Of a stretch of 32,000 bases of DNA, positions 1 to 7,579 are shown piece after piece; within the stretch, counting starts at the first letter, position 1, and every line of letters begins with the position of its first letter. Below the pieces are notes generated by a model. That model did not search any database. It was not told where the DNA came from and was given only the letters and a program-made list of their open reading frames with translations. The position numbers were made by a program, and so were the translations under genes. The DNA comes from Vibrio vulnificus CMCP6. GTDB taxonomy: Bacteria > Pseudomonadota > Gammaproteobacteria > Enterobacterales > Vibrionaceae. The stretch is taken from NCBI RefSeq assembly GCF_000039765.1, contig NC_004459.3, forward strand, positions 2,361,127-2,393,126, written 5' to 3'.

Positions 1-459
1 TTGAGTCTGTTTTATGCAGAGGGGCAGGAGGAGTTATCGGTGCAGCAGCGAATCAATGTCGTCACGAAACTGAAGCAACAGTTCGCCTATGTGATTTTGG
101 ATGTGCCTCATTACTTGATTGAAAAAGTAGAGCATTTGTTGGTTTCCGCCGACAACCTTTTGCTAGTGCATGACTTCTCATTGCAGGCGGGTCGCCGAGC
201 CGATGGCATTTTGTCAAAGCTGGATGGGTATTTGCACCATGTTCACCTCGTTGGTAATCAGAGCCGATCGAAATCGCACAAACCGTGGAGTGAGAAACAG
301 TTGTTTGAGGCGTGGTCGATCACTCAATTCAGCGAATTGCCATTCGACAGTAAAGCGGTGCAGGCGGCAGAGCACCATGGCGAGCCATTGGTGACCCGAG
401 GAGGCAAGCTTGCGAAGGCAATTGGCAAACTCAAAACACGCTTGGCGGGGATGGCGTAA
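1..459 (+). CDS. tadZ: TadZ/CpaE-like pilus assembly protein, C-terminal part (truncated by window edge)
   Basis: Open from base 1; C-terminal ATPase-like sequence (FAYVILDVPHYL, LLVHDFSLQAG..). Lies immediately upstream of, and overlaps by 1 nt, the tadA/cpaF ATPase, as in tad loci. Confidence 0.7.
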   Translation: MSLFYAEGQEELSVQQRINVVTKLKQQFAYVILDVPHYLIEKVEHLLVSADNLLLVHDFSLQAGRRADGILSKLDGYLHHVHLVGNQSRSKSHKPWSEKQLFEAWSITQFSELPFDSKAVQAAEHHGEPLVTRGGKLAKAIGKLKTRLAGMA

Positions 460-1751
460 TGTTCGGCAATAAAACCCAAATGGTTAATGTTTCACGAGGC
501 AACCCTCTCGTGATGCCGGAGGCGGCGCAAACGGCGTTTGAAAAGCTGATAGAACCTTCCGAAGCGGTCAAATTAACGCGCAAGCAATTACAGCAAGAGA
601 TCAAAAAAGCGGTCGCACAATTGTCGGCACAGCAGTTGCTGCCATACAACCAGAGTGAACTGGCGATTCTGGTGGAGCAGTTGTGTGATGACATGCTCGG
701 GGTTGGCCCAATTCAATGCTTGGTGGAAGACCCCAGCGTGAGTGACATTTTGGTTAACGGACCTGAGCAAATTTACATTGAGCGACAAGGCAAGTTGTTG
801 AAAACAGACATCCGTTTTCGCGATAAAAAACACCTGCTCAATGTTGCGCAGCGAATCGTTAACGCCGTTGGTCGTCGCCTCGATGAATCCACTCCGTTGG
901 TGGATGCACGTTTGGAAGATGGCAGCCGAGTCAACATTATTGCACCGCCGTTAGCGCTAAACGGCGTGTGCATTTCTATTCGTAAGTTTCCAGAACGGCA
1001 ATACGATCTGCCGGGGCTTGTCGCGTTTGGCAGTTTGAGTGAAGAGATGGCGCAATGCCTCGCACTCGCCGCACGTTGCCGTTTGAACATTCTTGTTTCC
1101 GGCGGAACTGGCGCAGGTAAAACCACCTTGCTCAACGCCATGAGCACGCCAATCAGCGACGATGAACGCATCATCACCATTGAGGATGCCGCAGAGTTGT
1201 CGCTGACCCAGCCACATTGGATTCAGCTCGAAACACGAACCGCCAGTTCAGAAGGAACCGGGGCTGTAACGGTGCGCGATTTGGTCAAGAACGCGCTGCG
1301 GATGCGCCCAGATCGCATCATTCTCGGCGAGGTACGTGGTGCCGAAGCGTTTGACATGTTGCAAGCGATGAACACGGGTCATGATGGTTCACTGTGTACA
1401 TTGCACGCTAACTCGCCAGCGGATGCGATGCTGCGTCTTGAGAATATGTTGATGATGGGGGCAGAACAGATCCCGTCAGCGGTTTTGCGCCAGCAAATCA
1501 GCTCAGCGTTGGATCTAGTGGTGCAGCTTGAGCGCTCTCATGATGGCAAACGTCGTGTGACTGCCATTTCCGCGGTTGGAGGGATCGAGCAAGGTCAGAT
1601 TGTCGTGCACCCGCTGTTTGAGTGTTGCTTAGATGACCAGGGGCAGGGGGTGTATCAGCAAGGAACATTGCCGAGAAATTTACTCGAACGTGCCCGCCAT
1701 TTCGCACTCGACCGCCAATGGCAAGCCTTGTTTTCAAACGAAGAGCGCTAG
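459..1751 (+). CDS. tadA: TadA/CpaF family type II/IV secretion ATPase
   Basis: Walker A ([15 protein letters not shown]), Walker B region ([33 protein letters not shown]); first gene of a run of tad genes. Confidence 0.95.
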   Translation: MFGNKTQMVNVSRGNPLVMPEAAQTAFEKLIEPSEAVKLTRKQLQQEIKKAVAQLSAQQLLPYNQSELAILVEQLCDDMLGVGPIQCLVEDPSVSDILVNGPEQIYIERQGKLLKTDIRFRDKKHLLNVAQRIVNAVGRRLDESTPLVDARLEDGSRVNIIAPPLALNGVCISIRKFPERQYDLPGLVAFGSLSEEMAQCLALAARCRLNILVSGGTGAGKTTLLNAMSTPISDDERIITIEDAAELSLTQPHWIQLETRTASSEGTGAVTVRDLVKNALRMRPDRIILGEVRGAEAFDMLQAMNTGHDGSLCTLHANSPADAMLRLENMLMMGAEQIPSAVLRQQISSALDLVVQLERSHDGKRRVTAISAVGGIEQGQIVVHPLFECCLDDQGQGVYQQGTLPRNLLERARHFALDRQWQALFSNEER

Positions 1752-1760
1752 GAGAGAGCC

Positions 1761-2645
1761 ATGCTAGGGCTAATGTTTTTGTTCGTCTGGCTCGCGTTGG
1801 GTGCGTGGTTGATACGCGCTCGACGTGAGAATACGAAACGAGAAAAGCAGCGTCACCGCTACCTTAAACCCTTAGTATCGGTGGAAAAAAAGCGTCCGCA
1901 ATGGCTCGCTTTTTACACGCGCTTGGAAACCTTATTGGGTACGTCCCGCTTGCAAAAGTACCGTTTGTACTTGGTCATGCTCACTGTAGGGCTGTTTATC
2001 ACCTTACTGTCACAAGGAATGGCGCCACTGACCACACTGATTTTGGTGGTGGTCATTTCCGTGATGATGACGGTGTTGGCGTTTCGCCATTTTGAGCAAC
2101 TGGCTATTAACGAGTTCAGCATGCAAATGCCAGACATCATCGACAGTATGGAGCGTGCCGTTAAAGTCGGCGCGCCTTTGCATGACATCTTTTTCGCGCT
2201 TTCCGAGCAGTATCAAGGCAGTGCCAAGCGTCTGTTTCTGGCGATGCATGATCGGCTCAAACTGGGTCATAGTGTCGAAAGAGTGATGCAGTTCGCCGCT
2301 CAACAGATGCCCAGCCAAGAGTTTCGCTTCCTAACGACTTTACTGAGCCTACAAAGTGAAACCGGCGGTAAATTGTCGCACATGCTTAAACAGCTTGGCC
2401 AAACTCTGCGTGAGCGCAGCTTAATGGAAAGTCGCGTGCGAACCATCACGTCGGAATCTCGCACCTCAGCCAAAGTACTGGCGATACTGCCACCGGTGTT
2501 GATTGGGGTGTTGTACGGCTCGGCCAAAGAGCATTTTGACTACTTGCTACGTGACGCAACCGGGCAGTGGATCTTGCTTTATGTGGTATTGAGCGTCGTC
2601 ACTGGCTTGTTGTTGATTCGTCAACTGACCAAATTTAAGGGGTAG
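1761..2645 (+). CDS. tadB: TadB, type II secretion F-family inner-membrane protein of Flp pilus assembly
   Basis: N-terminal TM segments, T2SF-type sequence (MPDIIDSMERAVKVGAPLHDIF), two C-terminal hydrophobic segments, position after tadA. Confidence 0.9.
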   Translation: MLGLMFLFVWLALGAWLIRARRENTKREKQRHRYLKPLVSVEKKRPQWLAFYTRLETLLGTSRLQKYRLYLVMLTVGLFITLLSQGMAPLTTLILVVVISVMMTVLAFRHFEQLAINEFSMQMPDIIDSMERAVKVGAPLHDIFFALSEQYQGSAKRLFLAMHDRLKLGHSVERVMQFAAQQMPSQEFRFLTTLLSLQSETGGKLSHMLKQLGQTLRERSLMESRVRTITSESRTSAKVLAILPPVLIGVLYGSAKEHFDYLLRDATGQWILLYVVLSVVTGLLLIRQLTKFKG

Positions 2646-2648
2646 AAG

Positions 2649-3530
2649 ATGGTCATCGCACAAATTGTAATGCTGGTTAGCGCGCTAATGCTGTTGGTGG
2701 TGACAAGCTTGTTGTGGCACAACACGAGTCAACGCAAGCGTCGTGAAGCGCGTCTTTCACACTATGTGAAACGTCAAGCGGCGGCTTCGTCCTCCAATCA
2801 TTCCTTAATGCATAACTGGATCACGCAAAATGAAAAAGCGCGTTTAAGTCGCTTACTGGCGAACGCGGGTTTTCATAAACCTCAGGCGTTATCGTGGTTA
2901 TTGTTGGCCAAGTTTGGCAGCGGCATTTTGGTGGCGCTCCTGCTGCTGATGCGCCAATCCATCAATGGCGAAGCGATCGTAAGCATGTTGTCGCTTACCT
3001 TGGTGCTGGTGGGGTATGTGTTGGGCGCCAATGGCCCAGAGTGGTGGTTGAACTTAAATGCGGACAGATACCGCAAGAAGCTCAAACAATCCGCCCCCGA
3101 CGCGATTGATCTGCTGGTGTTGTGTGTGGAATCGGGATTGTCACTCAACCGTGCCTTTGAACGCGTGGCTCGTTACCTACAAGAGCAACATGCGCCCATG
3201 GCGGAGCAGTTTCGCGTGACTTCAGCTGAATTGGATTTGCTGAACGACCGCACTCAAGCGCTCAATAACTTAAGCTGGCGAACCGGTATTCCAGAGTTAC
3301 ATACGTTAGCCACGACACTGACGATGGCGGACAAATATGGCTCGCCACTGGCTGATACCTTACGTCAAATCAGTGAAGATGCGCGTCGACAACGCGCGCT
3401 CGATATTGAAGAAAGAGCCGGTAAATTGCCGGGCAAAATCACGTTGATTCAGATGACCATGATCATGTTGCCGATGTTGGTGATGGTGATTTCGCCGATT
3501 CTTTCTCAACTTCTCACCAGTCTGGCCTAG
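2649..3530 (+). CDS. tadC: TadC, type II secretion F-family inner-membrane protein
   Basis: T2SF-type sequence (APDAIDLLVLCVESGLSLNRAFERVA), terminal TM segments, position after tadB. Confidence 0.9.
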   Translation: MVIAQIVMLVSALMLLVVTSLLWHNTSQRKRREARLSHYVKRQAAASSSNHSLMHNWITQNEKARLSRLLANAGFHKPQALSWLLLAKFGSGILVALLLLMRQSINGEAIVSMLSLTLVLVGYVLGANGPEWWLNLNADRYRKKLKQSAPDAIDLLVLCVESGLSLNRAFERVARYLQEQHAPMAEQFRVTSAELDLLNDRTQALNNLSWRTGIPELHTLATTLTMADKYGSPLADTLRQISEDARRQRALDIEERAGKLPGKITLIQMTMIMLPMLVMVISPILSQLLTSLA

Positions 3531-3577
3531 CTTCAATGTTGGACCGCAGTACCTCTGTGCTCCTTTAGGAACAAATC

Positions 3578-4318
3578 ATGAAATTTGCCTCAAAACTTAT
3601 TCTTTCCGTTGTCAGCATTTTGCTCGTGGGATGCGCTGCGCCAGCATCGCAACCCAGCGCAGAATCGCTCAACAGCTTGGCCGATACCGCATTTGAGTAT
3701 GCGCGTTACGATTCTGCCAAAAGCAAGTATCAACAAGTGCTTGATGTGTATCCTGAACAACCGCATGCACGCTTGATGCTGGCGCGCATCGATCTCTTGC
3801 AAGATCGGCCGCATGCAGCGCAAAGTCAATTGCAGCAACTGCTGACAGAAAAAGCCGACAATGCGGCGGAAGCGGCGTTCATTCTTGGCCGTTATCAGCT
3901 CAATCAGGGGGATGCACTCAGCGCCAGCAATTATCTTCAACAAGGCCTCGCATTGGATGAGCAGCACGCAGGGCTGCACAATTTGCTTGCGATTGCCCTA
4001 GATGAGCAACAACGCACGGCGCAGGCCAAACAGCATTTCCTCCGCGCGATGGAACTGGAGCCCGATAGCAAAAGTTTTCGCGTTAACCTCTCGTTTCACT
4101 ATTTATTGCAAGGGCAGTTCAAGCAAGCACAGTTGTTATTGCAACCGCTGATGAAAGGCAATCAAGTGCCGGACTTCGTCACGCAACATTACGCCTTAGT
4201 GTTGTTGGCACAACAACAAGAACAACAAGCGTTTTCGCTGCTCAGCCGCAGTATGTCAGAACAACAAGCGGAGCATGATATCGCTTTGTTGAAGCAGCAG
4301 TTGAGTCGTTTGCAATGA
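3578..4318 (+). CDS. tadD: TadD, TPR lipoprotein of Flp pilus assembly
   Basis: Signal peptide with lipobox (ILLVGC), TPR-like repeats (ARYDSAKSKYQQVLDVYPEQPHARLMLARI..), locus position. Confidence 0.85.
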   Translation: MKFASKLILSVVSILLVGCAAPASQPSAESLNSLADTAFEYARYDSAKSKYQQVLDVYPEQPHARLMLARIDLLQDRPHAAQSQLQQLLTEKADNAAEAAFILGRYQLNQGDALSASNYLQQGLALDEQHAGLHNLLAIALDEQQRTAQAKQHFLRAMELEPDSKSFRVNLSFHYLLQGQFKQAQLLLQPLMKGNQVPDFVTQHYALVLLAQQQEQQAFSLLSRSMSEQQAEHDIALLKQQLSRLQ

Positions 4319-4782
4319 GAAGTCGTCAATCTCAAAACGGCAGTGTCAGCGTGGAAGCGGCGCTGATCATGCCGGTGCTGTTAGCGCTGGTTTTGCTCTT
4401 TTTCGAAATTGGCCGCGTGCAGTGGCATTTTTCATCCCTCGATCATGCGGTTCAGCAAGCGAGGCGAGCAACCCAGCTCAAGCAAGAGGCTGATCCGAAC
4501 GCGCTCATTGAACATTTTTCGCAACAGTTGCTGTTACACAGTCCGGAGTTAACCAGTGAAGCCACCATAGAGCCTCAATGGCACCCTTCGATTGCACAAT
4601 GGCTCGGCGTGGCCGCAACCGAGGAAACGACACAGGTGCGATTGCAACAAGGGGTGATCGTATTGACGGTAACACTCTCATTACCCGCGTTAGCGATTCC
4701 TCTGTTGAGTGAACGCGAGATGACGTACACCTACCGAAACCAAGTGGCCTTAATCCCGGAGAAAGCGTTTGAAACTGAATAG
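4315..4782 (+). CDS. tadE: TadE-like minor pilin/pseudopilin
   Basis: N-terminal NGSVSVEAALIMPVLLALVLLFFEIGR, typical TadE-like segment; ATGA overlap with tadD. Confidence 0.85.
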   Translation: MRSRQSQNGSVSVEAALIMPVLLALVLLFFEIGRVQWHFSSLDHAVQQARRATQLKQEADPNALIEHFSQQLLLHSPELTSEATIEPQWHPSIAQWLGVAATEETTQVRLQQGVIVLTVTLSLPALAIPLLSEREMTYTYRNQVALIPEKAFETE

Positions 4783-5257
4783 ACTCTCTCGCCGCCGTGT
4801 TCAAACTGGCAGTGTGGCGGTAGAAGCATTGATGTTTATCCCTTTGTTGCTGGTAATGGCGCTGGCGTTTGTCGATCTCACTTCGCTGATTCGCAGTAAC
4901 GATAAAGTGCAAGATATCAGCCATACCTTGGTTCGATCGATCTCAATGCAGGATATCCAAGATGGCAATGAACTGCGCGGATGGATGCCCGCCTATCTCC
5001 AGCAAGCGGAACAGCTAATGGCCAAGCCCGGCTCAGTGCTCGGAGTCAAAGTCCAGTTTTTCTCTGAGCAAAACAGCTTTGTGCTGGCAGAAGGGGCGTG
5101 CCAGCCACCAGAGCTGCAAGCGGAGCTGACCGAGGTGGATCTGTGGATGGTGAGTGTGTGTTACCAACCCGCACCCAAAGACTTGTTGTCACGTGTATTG
5201 GTGCTGTTGAGTGAACAGCAATCTCTTGTTAGCCATGCGATTTACAAAAGGAGATAA
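4769..5257 (+). CDS. tadF: TadF-like minor pilin/pseudopilin (probable TTG start, overlaps tadE by 14 nt)
   Basis: N-terminal TGSVAVEALMFIPLLLVMALAFVDL; between tadE and tadG. Confidence 0.8.
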   Translation: MKLNRLSRRRVQTGSVAVEALMFIPLLLVMALAFVDLTSLIRSNDKVQDISHTLVRSISMQDIQDGNELRGWMPAYLQQAEQLMAKPGSVLGVKVQFFSEQNSFVLAEGACQPPELQAELTEVDLWMVSVCYQPAPKDLLSRVLVLLSEQQSLVSHAIYKRR

Positions 5258-5258
5258 C

Positions 5259-6656
5259 ATGCGCAAGCAAACGGGTGGAATTTCGGTGTTCATGCTGGTC
5301 TTGTTGATGAGCATGTTGGTGTTTGCCGCATGGGTGACGGATGTGATGCGTATTTACAGTGTGCATAACCAAATGGCGAACGCGACGGATGCCGCACTCG
5401 CGTCGGCGATCATCAGTGAGGTGCCAGAAAGTACGGCGGTGGAACTGCTGCATGCCAACCTTACCTCCGGAGCGGCAAGCCCTTATGTGGAAGAGGTGCG
5501 TCTGACTCATCTGCGTGATGAGCAAGAGGAAAGTTTGCAAGTGGCGTTGGATTTTGTGCCCAACTCGCTCAACATCGCGGCGCAAGAGAGTGTGCCGATC
5601 CGCACCAACGCCAAAGCGGGCATCAGTAGCAACAAAGCGGAAATCGTCTTTATGCTCGATGTTTCCAACTCGATGTCTGGTGAGCCGATGAACAAAACCA
5701 AAGAGGCGTTGCTGGCCTTTGCGGACAAGCTTTACGCTCGTGGTAACCGCAATCAAAATTACGTGGTCAGCATTGTGCCCGCGTCAGGTAACGTCAATAC
5801 CGGGCCGATGGAAGAAATCTATCTGGGTTCGTTTCGCCGCTACGATCACGCGCAAGTCAAACGTGAAAATCGTTGGAGTGACATGTTCGATAGAGCCAGT
5901 GGGCGAACGCCAGCCGTACCGGGAAGACAACGTAACGCGATGTGCCGCGATCTTGATTTTGAGGGAAACAATCCCGCGACGTTAGGCTTACGTTATTTTC
6001 GTAACCTCGAGAAAGCGCCTCAGTTTGCCAGCAACAATTCAAAGCGCATTATCCGCCCAATTCACAAGCCAGCGGTACTGCACTTTGATGATGGAACACC
6101 GCTGGATCCGCCTGTTTATCCGTCGACCAATCCGAGCAATAACTATCGTCCTTTTCACGAAGACAAAGCCATTTTTGATGACATCGAATGTCACGTAAAT
6201 CCGATTGTGCCGTTTATCACCGAGCGTCGACACTTTGAATCCACCGTCCAACGTCTCGTGCCCGGCATGAACACCAATAATGCGGAAGGAATGGTGTGGG
6301 CGATGCGTTTACTCTCTCCGTATTGGCAGGGGATATGGGATAAAACCCGTCCAGAATTGCCACGCCGATACAGTGATGAAACGAGCAACAAATACTTAGT
6401 GATGTTTTCTGATGGCAATCATTTGATTGATCCCGCGTTTCGCGACAAAAAAATGAAGCTAATTTGTACACAGCTCAAGCAGCCAGGCCGTGGTGTTAAG
6501 GTCATGACGGTTAACTTTGGTGGAGCGGCAAGTGAACGTTTGATGCAATCTTGTGCGTCTGGTCCGGAGTATTACCACGTGGCGAGTTTGTTTAGCGTTG
6601 AAAAGGTGTTTGAGCAGATCGCAGAGCAAGTGATCAGCAGTTCGTTGATCGAGTAA
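5259..6656 (+). CDS. tadG: TadG, VWA-domain membrane-anchored Flp pilus assembly protein
   Basis: Start at ATG 5259 (MRKQTGGISVFMLVLLMS) with SD AAAGGAGA; VWA MIDAS motif VFMLDVSNSMSG (DxSxS). The ORF track start at 5211 looks 5'-extended. Confidence 0.88.
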   Translation: MRKQTGGISVFMLVLLMSMLVFAAWVTDVMRIYSVHNQMANATDAALASAIISEVPESTAVELLHANLTSGAASPYVEEVRLTHLRDEQEESLQVALDFVPNSLNIAAQESVPIRTNAKAGISSNKAEIVFMLDVSNSMSGEPMNKTKEALLAFADKLYARGNRNQNYVVSIVPASGNVNTGPMEEIYLGSFRRYDHAQVKRENRWSDMFDRASGRTPAVPGRQRNAMCRDLDFEGNNPATLGLRYFRNLEKAPQFASNNSKRIIRPIHKPAVLHFDDGTPLDPPVYPSTNPSNNYRPFHEDKAIFDDIECHVNPIVPFITERRHFESTVQRLVPGMNTNNAEGMVWAMRLLSPYWQGIWDKTRPELPRRYSDETSNKYLVMFSDGNHLIDPAFRDKKMKLICTQLKQPGRGVKVMTVNFGGAASERLMQSCASGPEYYHVASLFSVEKVFEQIAEQVISSSLIE

Positions 6657-6683
6657 CGCAAGGGTAGAAGCCTGATGAAAAAA

Positions 6684-6704
6684 GCCCTCACATCATGTGA
6701 GGGC
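6684..6704 (-). terminator. Rho-independent terminator, minus strand (downstream of azoR)
   Basis: Perfect stem GCCCTCACA-TCA-TGTGAGGGC; on the minus strand it is followed by TTTTTT. No T-tract on the plus strand. Confidence 0.75.
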
Positions 6705-6803
6705 GTAAACAAACTGGCACGAAGTGGGCAAGGTGCTATCAATCCGTTGGTGTGCCAGGCAGTGGAATCTATACGGGTGCTGTGACTTAAGTTGTTAGCG
6801 TAC

Positions 6804-7391
6804 TTAAGCTGTTAGCGCTGCAAGGTGCTCACTCGCTGAAGCCAAACCTTTATTGGCAAAATCGTCACCCATGTTCAGCGCTTCAGCGTAGACAAATTCA
6901 ACCTCTGTGATGCCAACAAAACCCAGTACGGTTTTCAAGTACGGTGTAATGATGTCAGAAGCTGCGTCTTTATGAATCCCGCCGCGTGTTGTCACGATCA
7001 CGGCTTTCTTGCCTTCAATCAGACCTTTCGGGCCTTGCTCGGTGTAAGTGAATGTCACCCCTGCACGCGCAATCAAATCGATCCAGTTTTTCAATTGAGT
7101 CGGGATGGTGAAGTTGTACATAGGTGCCGCAATCACTAGGGTGTCTGCCTCTTTGATTTCATCAATCAAGGTGTCTGACAATGTCACAATTGCTTGTTGC
7201 TCGGCAGTCAACTCACCCGCAGCGCGCAGAGCGGTTGCCACCTGAAAATCTAAAACCGGCAATGGTTGCTGCGCCAGATCGCGTACAACGAGCTGCTGGT
7301 GGTCGAAATGGTTGATGAACTCGTCAACCAGTTTGTTTGATTGTGAGTAATCGCCAAGAATGCTTGATTTTAATACTAGTAAACGAGACAT
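6804..7391 (-). CDS. azoR: FMN-dependent NADH-azoreductase
   Basis: [26 protein letters not shown].., flavodoxin-like fold motif [36 protein letters not shown]; preferred ATG at 7391 rather than the upstream start at 7430. Confidence 0.92.
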
Positions 7392-7545
7392 AGTGAATTC
7401 CTTAGATGGGTGTTCAAACGATGAAGTCATTCTATCGAGTTCATCTTAGGGATGAAGCGTTGAAATTCGCTCATCTCATTCGAAAAAACTGAATGAGTTA
7501 TTGCTAATGTAGTCGTGGCGTTAAATACGACAGAGATAAAGAAAA

Positions 7546-7565
7546 AGAGCCGCAGATGCGGCTCT
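7546..7565 (-). terminator. Rho-independent terminator downstream of chitinase (minus strand)
   Basis: AGAGCCGC-AGAT-GCGGCTCT, perfect 8-bp stem followed on the minus strand by TTTTTC. Confidence 0.8.
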
Positions 7566-7579
7566 AGAGAGGCAGACGA

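Noticed and set aside
588-1217. Antisense ORFs within tadA (588-833, 773-1180, 957-1217 minus)
   Set aside because: Opposite the conserved ATPase motifs of tadA; no independent coding evidence.
6684-6704. Hairpin as the terminator of the tad operon
   Set aside because: Only the minus strand has a T-tract after the stem; on the plus strand it is followed by GTAAAC, so intrinsic termination of tadG is not supported from sequence alone.
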